Positions 24,389 to 33,707 of a DNA stretch of 64,000 nt are shown here, piece after piece (position 1 is the stretch's first letter; each line of letters opens with the position of its first letter). Origin of the DNA: a virus; the IMG/VR virus record IMGVR_UViG_3300017917_000616, positions 1-64,000 of that record; one strand, given 5' to 3'. The notes below the pieces were generated by a model. That model was not told where the DNA came from. It made no database searches and saw only the letters and a list, made by a program, of their open reading frames with translations. Position numbers and translations under genes: made by a program.

Positions 24389-25397
24389 CGTCTTTAGCCT
24401 TCACTTGTTCTGGAATCTTGTTAGGGTTAGCCAACCATAATTCCCTAGCCTGTTCACCAATCTTACCCTCGAAAGGACAAGGTGTTCCGGCTGCCATCAT
24501 AGCATCAAAAACTCGGCGATCTTGACACATAGTAGCTACAGCGGCTACTTTCATGCCCATGTCGTACAATGTTTTGGATAACTTTAATCGTTCACAATTT
24601 TCATCACGTACAGTGCCACCCGAACTTACACCAAAAATTTGTGTCTGAACTGCGCTACTGGTCCCTGTTGTACACAAATCGTTATTACCACCACTCATCA
24701 TGGGTGGGGCAATAGCTGTTGGGGGAGGCTGTATCACACGCTGAATAATTTCGGATGTGTTAATATTGCGATTGGTCATGTCTCCCGTTTGTACGTTTTG
24801 GTTAACGTTGTTACTACTACTAACATTATTATTGTTATTTGTGCTTGTACTTACATTGTTATTGTTAAATGTCTGCGTACCGCTGTTAATATTGTTATTT
24901 GTATTGACACTTGTACTAGTATTCACATTATTATTGTTATTTGTGCTTGTACTTACATTGTTATTGTTAAATGTCTGCGTACCGCTATTAACATTATAGT
25001 TTGTATTCGTATTTGTGTTATTGCTAGTATTGACATTATTATTGTTATAAGTCATAGTTCCGGAGTTGACATTATTATTGTTATAAGTCATAGTTCCGGA
25101 GTTGACGTTATTATTATTGAACGTTTGTGTGCCAGAATTTACGTTATTATTGTTGTTTGTATACGTTACACTACCACTCATCACATTATTATTAGTATTT
25201 GTACTGGTCGCATTGCTGTTAACTGTACTCGTACTTGTAGCCGTACTGGTACTAGTGCTGGTATTATTTGTGTTTACTGTACTAGTACTAGTGCTGGTAT
25301 TATTTGTGTCTACCAGAGTTTTTGAGTCATAGGTCGTTTGACCATATACCGGTAAAATTGCCGTAACGGCGATTGTTGCGAGAATCCTTTTAATCAT
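24318..25397 (-). CDS. Secreted protein with Asn/Thr repeats and a Cys-rich C-terminal domain
   Basis: Signal peptide, NNNNVNSGT(Q/M)T(F/Y) repeats, PPPTAIAP..DLC...D.NCERLKLSKTLYDMGMKVAAV..MCQD..V..AM..AGTPCP. Confidence 0.8.
   Translation of the reverse strand: MIKRILATIAVTAILPVYGQTTYDSKTLVDTNNTSTSTSTVNTNNTSTSTSTATSTSTVNSNATSTNTNNNVMSGSVTYTNNNNNVNSGTQTFNNNNVNSGTMTYNNNNVNSGTMTYNNNNVNTSNNTNTNTNYNVNSGTQTFNNNNVSTSTNNNNNVNTSTSVNTNNNINSGTQTFNNNNVSTSTNNNNNVSSSNNVNQNVQTGDMTNRNINTSEIIQRVIQPPPTAIAPPMMSGGNNDLCTTGTSSAVQTQIFGVSSGGTVRDENCERLKLSKTLYDMGMKVAAVATMCQDRRVFDAMMAAGTPCPFEGKIGEQARELWLANPNKIPEQVKAKDDDTYKKMGIGSVLGMVVYKLFNH
24823..25106. repeat. Coding repeats: exact 62-bp duplication (24823-24884 and 24925-24986) and exact 36-bp tandem (25030-25065 and 25066-25101)
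   Basis: Read directly from the sequence; periods of 102 and 36 bp preserve frame. Confidence 0.85.
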
Positions 25398-25426
25398 TTT
25401 TATCACCCTCTATATCTATTTAGAAG

Positions 25427-25440
25427 TTGATCTAGATCAA
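25427..25440. promoter_or_regulatory. Perfect FNR-type palindrome TTGAT-CTAG-ATCAA
   Basis: Intergenic, 4 nt upstream of a TAAATA motif (25422-25417). Confidence 0.35.
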
Positions 25441-25463
25441 AAAGTCAATAGATTATCGCAAGA

Positions 25464-25559
25464 TTACTCGCCGTCAGGGTGCTGGTTCTTCCAATCCATT
25501 ATCCAATAGATTGCGCCGCCTGCTATTACAACAATTAGAATCCAAAATAGATAATACAT
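25464..25559 (-). CDS. 31-aa single-TM protein MYYLFWILIVVIAGGAIYWIMDWKNQHPDGE
   Basis: Hand-translated; TAAATA 5 nt upstream of the ATG. Confidence 0.55.
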   Translation of the reverse strand: MYYLFWILIVVIAGGAIYWIMDWKNQHPDGE

Positions 25560-25563
25560 GCCA

Positions 25564-28500
25564 TTATTTAGTGTAAAAACGCTCTTTAATCCAAGCCCAG
25601 TCATAAGTTAACATCAACTTATTCAAGTCCCCATTGACTGAATTGTAGTATTCGACTCCGGCTTTAGCTCCCAAAATACTACTTTCTCCGTAAACACCGT
25701 TACCCACAGTAGTCCAAATTTCTAAACGCTTTTTGCTTTCAGAGTCTTTATTATATGCTAGTTTAATGCTCTCACGGAACGCTGTTCTCCATGTGTCCCA
25801 TTCATCAGTGTTGTATGTACTTACGCCGGAGTTGATGCCCGTAACTTCGTGACGACTGTCCATTGTGAAATCTAGTCCCCTAACTACTGTGTTTAATGTC
25901 AGCTTTTTGTTGTTTGCTACTATAGCCTGATGTCCATATTCTAATCCGTTGACAGGATTTAACGCATTAAAAATATAATGGCGTCTAGACTTATAAATGT
26001 TAGGTTGCCAATTGAAGTCGAAATTTTCGTCAACTTTCAATTTAGCATTGATTAAAAAGTACCATGGCGTATTGCTTGCTTCAGCAGCCTTATGCTGACT
26101 AAGAACACGTCCATTAATTTTGTCTAAGCGAATCACTCTGTTACCAAACTTATCAGCTACTTTTAGTAAATGTTCGTAATTATCATCAGCACACTTTTCA
26201 CCATTGCTTAGGAATATAATATCTAATGGCTTTATTGATGGCTTATAATGTGTTATTACATGGTCGTAATCAGTTAATTTATCATATAGATACATCTTAA
26301 CTGATCTAGGTACAATGGCTTCATCACCGAACAAATGAACGCTCACTTTATCAGAGGTTATATCCTTATCTTCAATATCATTATTTGTTATATGAATATA
26401 TGCTTGTGTTGACTTATCCTCAATGAATGCGTCAAAGATGCTATCCTCATATGTAATTCTAGCGATATCCAAATCAGCTTTAATTTCATTGTTATATTTG
26501 TTTTCTGAACCTTTACCTTTATACATTATTGTCGGCATAATTTCAGCACTGTGGTACTTATTACCAAAAATGTAATTGTATCTTTCTTCTGTTTCGTCTG
26601 GATGCCAACTATAGTCAAAATCTTTAATTTGTTCTATGATTCTAAAATTACGCTGATTAGGTAAGCGGATGACTGATTGAGTATCTACGTATTTCTTTTC
26701 TACTGCCCCATCAATAACGTAACAAGGTCCTCCTGTTTTCTGCCACTGTGTACCAAACTGATAGATATACTTAGGTTCGCCGGGGTCTGGTACCCAGCTA
26801 TAGTCAAACATACTATCATCAATATTCTCAGGTATATCCCATTTAGATTTATCTTCAAGTAATTCTGCTTTGATAGTATTAATATACTTGTTTTCTGTTG
26901 CCCCTTTCATCCTGTACATGATTGTAGGCATTTTTTCGGCACTATACCATTGATTGCCAAATATATAATTATAAGGTTGTTCAGTATCATCTGGGTGCCA
27001 ACTGTAATCAAACAACATGTTGTTGAATAAAGGTCTGAAATTTCTATCAATTGATGGCAATCGATATACCTTTTGTGTATCGACAAACTTTAACTCATTA
27101 GCACCATTAACAATATACTGCGGCCCACCTGTCTTTTGATGTTGTGTGCCGAACTGGTATATGTAGGGCGGATCGTTGGGATTAGGTACCCAGCTATAAT
27201 CAAATCTAGTGTCATCTGTATTGGCTGGAATCAACCAATTAGATTTATTAGGTTTTAACATAGCCCATACATCATTTATATATTTGGTTTCAGTAGCTCC
27301 AGGCACAGTATACATCAATGTTGGCATGGTAATACTGTCATGCCATTGATTGCCAAACACATAATTATATGGAGGATCGTTAGGATCAGGCACCCAGCTG
27401 TAATCAAAATCAAATTCTAAATCTACTAGTGATTGAAAGTTATCTTTCTTATCAGTCAGTACACAGTTGATATCCATGTACTTTTTCTCAGTAGCACCTT
27501 TGACTCGGTACAATATTGTTGGCATCTTTTTACTATCATGCCATTGATTCCCGAACACATATATGTAAGGTGGTTCACTGTCATCGGGATGCCAACTATA
27601 ATCAAACAACACATTAGAATACAGAGGGCGCCATCCTCTGTTTTCATTAGGCAATTTAGTCACACGCATATGTTCAACATACTTAATGTTGGTGCCGTTC
27701 TTATAAATTAATCTTGGACCACCAGTCTTTTGCCATTGAGTACCAAACTGAAATATAGCAGGCTCTTCAAACTGATTTGGATACCAACTGAAGTCAAAGT
27801 CAGTTGTGTCAACATCAACAGGTATTTCCCAATCGTTTAAATCTGTTAATAATTTAGCTTTTATATCGTCTATATATTTTGTCTCTGTCGCTCCCTTAAC
27901 AGGATACATCACGGTGGGCATGTCTTTGCTACTATGATGTTGGTTGCCAAATACATAGTTATAGGGAGGATCATCTGGATCAGGACACCATGACCAATCA
28001 AATGAAAATTGTCTGTTAGTTAGTGGTACAAAGTTTTCAGTATTGTCAGTTAACCTAGCTTTTAAATCATTAATGTATTTCTTGTCTGTTGCTCCTTTTA
28101 CTCTATAGATTAGAGTAGGCATCTTTTCAGCACTATACCATTGATTACCAAACACATAGTTATAAGGCGGGTCATCTTCGTCTGGATGCCAACTCATATC
28201 AAATACCATGTTAGCTTTCAATGTACGCCATGCTCTTAGATTACTTTTTATAACTAAACATACCTGATCTGTACATAGTTTCTTATGCGTAGCACCTTGA
28301 GCAACATATTTAGGACCACCATTCTTTTGCCATTGTGTTCCAAACACCCATATAAACGGTGGCTCATGTGGGTGCGGTACCCAACTATAATCAAATTCAT
28401 AATCATTGAAATCGGGTTCTATCCAATTTTCTTTGTTAGGTAGTAATGTTGCTTTTACGTTATAGATATATTTCTTCTCTGTTGCGCCCTTTACACGATA

Positions 28501-28878
28501 TTGATATGTAGGCATGATATCTACATCATACCATTGATTACCAAATACATAGATGTAGGGAGGATCTGTCTCGTCAGGATGCCAACTGAAGTCTATAGTA
28601 CAGTTAGATAAAAGAGGACGCCAACCCCTATCTTCTACAACAGGTTTACGTATTGCTTGTTGGCAGTCCTGATATTTAATATCAGTAGCAGTCGGAATAA
28701 TAAAGCGTGGTCCGCCGGTCTTTTGATGTTGTGTACCGAACTGATGTATGTATGGTCTGTCGTATGGATCTGGACGCCATTCAAAATCAAAGCCTGACAC
28801 ATCTAAGTTGTCAGGCACTTCCCAATATCCTTGTTCAAATAATTCTATTCTTCGTTCTATTTCTTGTAATTCAATCAT
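25564..28878 (-). CDS. 1104-aa protein: 12 x ~66-aa FDYSWxP repeats plus C-terminal GT-A-like domain
   Basis: Repeats FD(Y/F)SWxP..xPPY.Y.FG(N/T)QW. C terminus DIIFLSNGE...HKAAEAS.T.WYF...WRTAFRE.IKL, shared with ORF 40945-41892. Confidence 0.8.
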   Translation of the reverse strand: MIELQEIERRIELFEQGYWEVPDNLDVSGFDFEWRPDPYDRPYIHQFGTQHQKTGGPRFIIPTATDIKYQDCQQAIRKPVVEDRGWRPLLSNCTIDFSWHPDETDPPYIYVFGNQWYDVDIMPTYQYRVKGATEKKYIYNVKATLLPNKENWIEPDFNDYEFDYSWVPHPHEPPFIWVFGTQWQKNGGPKYVAQGATHKKLCTDQVCLVIKSNLRAWRTLKANMVFDMSWHPDEDDPPYNYVFGNQWYSAEKMPTLIYRVKGATDKKYINDLKARLTDNTENFVPLTNRQFSFDWSWCPDPDDPPYNYVFGNQHHSSKDMPTVMYPVKGATETKYIDDIKAKLLTDLNDWEIPVDVDTTDFDFSWYPNQFEEPAIFQFGTQWQKTGGPRLIYKNGTNIKYVEHMRVTKLPNENRGWRPLYSNVLFDYSWHPDDSEPPYIYVFGNQWHDSKKMPTILYRVKGATEKKYMDINCVLTDKKDNFQSLVDLEFDFDYSWVPDPNDPPYNYVFGNQWHDSITMPTLMYTVPGATETKYINDVWAMLKPNKSNWLIPANTDDTRFDYSWVPNPNDPPYIYQFGTQHQKTGGPQYIVNGANELKFVDTQKVYRLPSIDRNFRPLFNNMLFDYSWHPDDTEQPYNYIFGNQWYSAEKMPTIMYRMKGATENKYINTIKAELLEDKSKWDIPENIDDSMFDYSWVPDPGEPKYIYQFGTQWQKTGGPCYVIDGAVEKKYVDTQSVIRLPNQRNFRIIEQIKDFDYSWHPDETEERYNYIFGNKYHSAEIMPTIMYKGKGSENKYNNEIKADLDIARITYEDSIFDAFIEDKSTQAYIHITNNDIEDKDITSDKVSVHLFGDEAIVPRSVKMYLYDKLTDYDHVITHYKPSIKPLDIIFLSNGEKCADDNYEHLLKVADKFGNRVIRLDKINGRVLSQHKAAEASNTPWYFLINAKLKVDENFDFNWQPNIYKSRRHYIFNALNPVNGLEYGHQAIVANNKKLTLNTVVRGLDFTMDSRHEVTGINSGVSTYNTDEWDTWRTAFRESIKLAYNKDSESKKRLEIWTTVGNGVYGESSILGAKAGVEYYNSVNGDLNKLMLTYDWAWIKERFYTK

Positions 28879-30359
28879 GAAATGACCTTAATTCCATACA
28901 TAATTTCAAATCTGTCAGCATCGTGTCTATCATTGACCATAGGTTCACCCCGAATGTTAAGACTAGTGTTAAGTAACATAGGACAACCTGTCAACACATA
29001 CCACTTTTCTAATAGTTCTCTAATTCCTGTTCCATCTTTTGGAACGCTCTGTACACGACTAGTCCCGTCATGATGAACGATAGCAGGAAATAAATCAGGA
29101 TACCTACAAACACCGACGACTTGCATATACCTGCTGTTACTCCAGCTATCAGGCATATTAAAGTAGCTAGTAAGATATTCCTCCAAAATGACTGGCGCAA
29201 AGGGTCGAAATTTTTGTCTACGTTTGATTTCATTTACTTTATCCTTTATATCTTTGCCTCGAGGGTCTGCTAATAAACTGCGATTACCTAACGCTCTCGG
29301 ACCAAACTCAGCACGGCCACTAGCAACACCGACGATACGAGTGTTAAGCAACTCATCCAGAATGGCATTAACAGGGTAAGAACCTTTAATATCATACCCC
29401 AAAAAACTATTGTCCCAATTAATCCGATAGCCATAACCCAGTGCGGCGGCACCCAAACTAGAGCCAGCATCACCAGGATTAGGCATAATCCAGATATTTC
29501 TAAAAAATTTTCCAATTATTTTATTGGCTAAGCAATTTAATGCTACGCCGCCCCCATATACTACATTTTGACTACTGCCTAATATTTTAGCACGTTGAAA
29601 CACATTATGCAATAGTCCTTCTAACATTAGTTGTCCACTACTTGCTAAATCTTCGTTAGTAGCATCTAAGAAAAGGTCATCAGGAAATCCTAAATGTAAG
29701 TTATCCTTAAATTGTAGTGTTGACTTATCGTGTATTAATTTGTCATACATTTCTAAGAAATGTTTAGGTTCTCCGTACGCAGCCATACCCATCGTAATAT
29801 ATTCTTCTTCGTTGGGCTTTAAGCCAACTCGTTTTGTTAGTGCTGAATAGAATAAACCAATGCTATGCGGATAGCTTTGACTATACAACTTTTCATATTT
29901 GGGTTTACCATCACCATTGTAAAAAGCACTCCAAATTGAAATAGTATCAAATTCTCCTATTGCGTCTATAATGACTACAGTAGCTTCTTGGAATCTGCTA
30001 GTCTGAAATCCGGCTGCTACATGACTTAAGTGATGATTATGTGTGTGAAATTTCTTACCCTTAAGTAAAGATTGTGCCCCGGCACTTAAGAAATTTTTTG
30101 GATTCAACGAACTGAGACTAGGCTTTTCACCAGCATACAATTGTCGTATGTATTTTAATAATGGGCGTTCGTAATAGTGTACTTCAAAATCACCCTCGAT
30201 ATATTCTAGGGCATTTTCTATGATAGCAGAATTTATATTCTTGTCATGCTTGATTCCGCTATAGCGTTCGTTATGACCGGCAAATACAATATTGCCATTC
30301 TTGTCAATTACTGATACTGCCGCATCGTGAAAGCCGGCGCTGATTCCTAGATAATTCAT
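28875..30359 (-). CDS. Carbamoyltransferase (NodU/CmcH/TobZ family)
   Basis: HDAA, ERYS..KHD, HHLSH, DAIGE, GGVALNC, GDAG, EFGPRALGNRS, FRPFAP, LLNTSLN. Confidence 0.95.
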   Translation of the reverse strand: MNYLGISAGFHDAAVSVIDKNGNIVFAGHNERYSGIKHDKNINSAIIENALEYIEGDFEVHYYERPLLKYIRQLYAGEKPSLSSLNPKNFLSAGAQSLLKGKKFHTHNHHLSHVAAGFQTSRFQEATVVIIDAIGEFDTISIWSAFYNGDGKPKYEKLYSQSYPHSIGLFYSALTKRVGLKPNEEEYITMGMAAYGEPKHFLEMYDKLIHDKSTLQFKDNLHLGFPDDLFLDATNEDLASSGQLMLEGLLHNVFQRAKILGSSQNVVYGGGVALNCLANKIIGKFFRNIWIMPNPGDAGSSLGAAALGYGYRINWDNSFLGYDIKGSYPVNAILDELLNTRIVGVASGRAEFGPRALGNRSLLADPRGKDIKDKVNEIKRRQKFRPFAPVILEEYLTSYFNMPDSWSNSRYMQVVGVCRYPDLFPAIVHHDGTSRVQSVPKDGTGIRELLEKWYVLTGCPMLLNTSLNIRGEPMVNDRHDADRFEIMYGIKVIS

Positions 30360-30360
30360 A

Positions 30361-30456
30361 TCAATATATAAATGGATCTTTTTTCTTCAATTCTTTTAAG
30401 CGTTTGCGATAACGATACTCACGCATTAAGTACCTAAAAAACTTAGTTATAAACAT
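30361..30456 (-). CDS. 31-aa basic peptide MFITKFFRYLMREYRYRKRLKELKKKDPFIY
   Basis: Hand-translated; fills the gap directly before the carbamoyltransferase; ends DPFIY. Confidence 0.65.
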   Translation of the reverse strand: MFITKFFRYLMREYRYRKRLKELKKKDPFIY

Positions 30457-31339
30457 CTTTGATTACTTTCTGAATATCGATTATTGTTTGCTCTGCTTCT
30501 CTCACCGAACCATAATTAGTTTGGTGATAGGGTGTTCTGTCTCTAAAGAACTGATCCATCTCCTTACTACTTAATACTTTAAAAAGTTTTTGATTTAATT
30601 CATGAACTTCTGTTGTAGGTACTTCGCTGTTTACATATAATATCACTGTGCTTACTAGATTGCCTGTGACAGGAAACTTTCTGTATAAATTCTCAGATTT
30701 ACTTCTGTTTCCAACACTGATGTGTGCTATCTCTGTTATCTCTGGCATAGACTCTACAACGGGTTTTATCGACCCACCATCAATATATAAATCTAGTGTG
30801 CCCTCTTTTAAGCTAACGATACTGTCGGTAGGTTTTTTATAGAGAACAATTTCATAATCTATTTTCTGACGCTCTAACACATACGTCATTATCTTTGCCG
30901 CATTAGAACTTGGGGCGCCCAATAATAACTTTTTACCCTGACTCTTTCTTTCATTGTATAATGATTCTAAACTCTTGTGTTTACTATTAGAAAAGATAAA
31001 ATGCGTAAAACTCATTACGTTTATTACAGGGCGTAGTGTGTCTGATTTAGGGCTAGTATTAGGATTCAAATGTTGATTAAAACCACCCACTCCATTACCC
31101 GCACACAGTATTGCTGGCTGTTCTTTTATAGTTAAAAAGTGCCTATGACCCAGTATTTGATCGGCGCCGGGTACATTTTGAAATACGGTATTAGTCTTGT
31201 ATGTATTATCGTATGTTTCAAAGATTTTTCTACATATTTGATCCACGACTGACCCGGGAGCGAAGGGAGCAATAACTGTTAAATCTTTAGCCAAAACTGT
31301 TAAAGGTAATAACAAAAAGGTTAAGATTATTTTTTTCAT
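30443..31339 (-). CDS. Bug/TctC substrate-binding protein B
   Basis: Signal peptide, APFAPGSVVDQICR, NVPGADQ. Confidence 0.78.
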   Translation of the reverse strand: MKKIILTFLLLPLTVLAKDLTVIAPFAPGSVVDQICRKIFETYDNTYKTNTVFQNVPGADQILGHRHFLTIKEQPAILCAGNGVGGFNQHLNPNTSPKSDTLRPVINVMSFTHFIFSNSKHKSLESLYNERKSQGKKLLLGAPSSNAAKIMTYVLERQKIDYEIVLYKKPTDSIVSLKEGTLDLYIDGGSIKPVVESMPEITEIAHISVGNRSKSENLYRKFPVTGNLVSTVILYVNSEVPTTEVHELNQKLFKVLSSKEMDQFFRDRTPYHQTNYGSVREAEQTIIDIQKVIKDVYN

Positions 31340-32469
31340 AGTTTGTATGTCCTTGTGTTTATGCTTGTGTATCCGTTTTTAACTTGCGAGTTAGTAAAAT
31401 ATTTACCAGTAATCTTGTCTGACAAAAATTTTATCCCGTCTTTATAATGACCTAAAATTAGTTTATCATCGCCTTGATAGAACCAAGTGTTTAGTACTTC
31501 CCCCGCAGACATTGGAGGCTTTTTGGTTTGAAATAATGGCTTATGCTTTTCATCATATATGATAGATTGCATCACATGACGAAATATACCCACTTCATCT
31601 TTATATGTTTTTTTAAATAACTCTCGTATATTGTGATTCGTTTCACATGCTTCTTTAATTAATTGACATTGTTTTATAACAATCTCTGGCATATCAGGTG
31701 TCCAATAAAACCATTCGGTAACATTGTGTTCATATATCTCTTGTAAATTCTTGTCTAATGGTGGAATATGATATGCTGTTTGGTCGCTGAAAAACGCATG
31801 ATAGCTATTGTCTAATTCATCGTAGTATACTAATGGTTTATCTATTCCCAATATCTGACATACAGTTTTATTAGATTCTGCTAGAGATTGACCCATTATG
31901 TCATAATTACCCATAGCACGACTTAATACTCCGACGTTATAGCTTGCGCCGGGTAACATATGTTCCATCCAATTATCTTTGCGAAACAAATTAATTGGTG
32001 TTTTGCTCATATCCTGAAAAGTTATTTTTGTCTTAGACAATTTATTTTCTAACTTTTTAAGATATGGAACAGCTTGAAAATCTATTTCAGCCCAATAATT
32101 ACTGAAATCAGTTTTATTTTCTATTGAATATTTGCGTTGTGGTTCGGGGACTTGAATAACAATTTCGTCTATGTGTATATTGTTATCTATAAAGCTATGT
32201 AGGATATTATTACTATCTTGCCCCCCGCTGTAATGGAGCACAAGATAGTCATATCTTTCTCTAAGTTGTTTAGCCCTGTCTCTGTAAAGTTCAAAGATTG
32301 TTCGGTCAATTCTATTTGACCAATTGTAACTTCTATAAACTTCATCATTGAATATCCATCTTACAGTAAACCCAGTGTCTGTACTGTACATTAACGCTTC
32401 GGTTTTATTGTAAAACTTCTTAAAACCTACTAGATAATAACCGTGTACGTTAGGATCTTGTATTGCCAT
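31336..32469 (-). CDS. PP-loop protein B (paralogue of 19016-20158)
   Basis: LHYSGGQDSNNIL, GIDKP, EWFYWTPDMPEIV. Confidence 0.75.
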   Translation of the reverse strand: MAIQDPNVHGYYLVGFKKFYNKTEALMYSTDTGFTVRWIFNDEVYRSYNWSNRIDRTIFELYRDRAKQLRERYDYLVLHYSGGQDSNNILHSFIDNNIHIDEIVIQVPEPQRKYSIENKTDFSNYWAEIDFQAVPYLKKLENKLSKTKITFQDMSKTPINLFRKDNWMEHMLPGASYNVGVLSRAMGNYDIMGQSLAESNKTVCQILGIDKPLVYYDELDNSYHAFFSDQTAYHIPPLDKNLQEIYEHNVTEWFYWTPDMPEIVIKQCQLIKEACETNHNIRELFKKTYKDEVGIFRHVMQSIIYDEKHKPLFQTKKPPMSAGEVLNTWFYQGDDKLILGHYKDGIKFLSDKITGKYFTNSQVKNGYTSINTRTYKL

Positions 32470-33676
32470 AATGGATAACTTCTATGTCACTATCACTTGA
32501 CTTGAAGGATCTCCAAGGATCTACAATAATACTTCCCTTACCAACTTCAAAATAGAAACCCTGTGTTTTGTCAATATCAGCATAATCATATGTTATGTTC
32601 GCATTATGCGCTAATAAAATGATTCCAGCGGATCCGGGTGTTAGTTGTTCATTCTCAGTTAATGGGTCAGCAAATATAGGCTTCTTACCTAATTCATGAC
32701 AATAGTGACCAACTAGTGTACTATAGCTTCCTGTAGTATATGGGACGTTGGGTTTATATGCCTTACCGTGAATAATGATAGGTAACTTACGTTCTCTGCT
32801 TAACTTAACTAAGAATTTAGCTAGATTACGTGCTTGTACTTCTCTAGCGTTCATAATGCTATCGAATAAATCGTAGCCCAAATCTAATTTCTTAGCCATA
32901 TATCGTAGTGCGATATTATCACGTGGATGACATGCGCCACCATCGCCCATACCCGCAATCATATATTTAGGGCCCATGATACGCATACTAGACTTAGCTA
33001 ATGCGTCAGTCACAACGTCTACATTAATATTGCCTTGCTTAATAGCAACATCTTGAATCATGTTGACTAATCCAATTTTTGCTGATATGAATGTGTTGTA
33101 AAACACTTTGATACATTCACATTCATCCCATGTTCCTACAACATATCTTGGATCGTTTTTCATCATGGTTTTATAGAAATCAATCAATAACTTAGCATCA
33201 CCGGTTTCGGTTCCGTCTTCTGTACCGATCATTACCATTTCAGGATTTACAAAATCCCAGGCTACACTACCCATGGCAATAAGATATGGGTTATAAATAA
33301 AGCGGGTATTGGTGAGCAATGGTACAAAATGCTCACGTGTAGTCCCGGGTAAAACTGTGCTGATAAGGACTAATAGTTGATCCTTATTCATATATTTGTT
33401 TGCTTGCTGTAGACAATTGATGACAATACTATAATCAAAGTCTACAGGTGGCAAATGTGCTGTAGGCAAACTACCATCATAATCAGGGTGATGTGGGGTG
33501 GGTACTGCTACAAAAACAATATCTTTATCTTTTACAACTTCTTCAACGGTATCTACGACTTTACCATTCGGGAAGTCAACTTCTGTAATGTCAAAGCCCT
33601 CAACTTCGTGTGTTTCTGCCATAACTTTGGCACATTCCAACCCTAATTTACCTAATCCGATGAATCCTATTTTCAT
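32450..33676 (-). CDS. ugd: UDP-glucose/GDP-mannose dehydrogenase family
   Basis: GFIGLGKLG, AVPTP, STVLPGTT, KVFYN, GGACHPRD, AYKPN. Confidence 0.9.
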   Translation of the reverse strand: MKIGFIGLGKLGLECAKVMAETHEVEGFDITEVDFPNGKVVDTVEEVVKDKDIVFVAVPTPHHPDYDGSLPTAHLPPVDFDYSIVINCLQQANKYMNKDQLLVLISTVLPGTTREHFVPLLTNTRFIYNPYLIAMGSVAWDFVNPEMVMIGTEDGTETGDAKLLIDFYKTMMKNDPRYVVGTWDECECIKVFYNTFISAKIGLVNMIQDVAIKQGNINVDVVTDALAKSSMRIMGPKYMIAGMGDGGACHPRDNIALRYMAKKLDLGYDLFDSIMNAREVQARNLAKFLVKLSRERKLPIIIHGKAYKPNVPYTTGSYSTLVGHYCHELGKKPIFADPLTENEQLTPGSAGIILLAHNANITYDYADIDKTQGFYFEVGKGSIIVDPWRSFKSSDSDIEVIHYGNTRS

Positions 33677-33707
33677 AATGTTTCCTTTACAATATATAGT
33701 ACTATTT

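Noticed and set aside
24823-25106. Possible CRISPR array (36-bp repeats)
   Set aside because: The repeats are directly tandem without spacers, in frame within a CDS, and no cas genes are present.
24639-25332. Hydrophobic plus-strand ORFs (LLLLFVLV repeats)
   Set aside because: These are antisense translations of the Asn/Thr repeat region.
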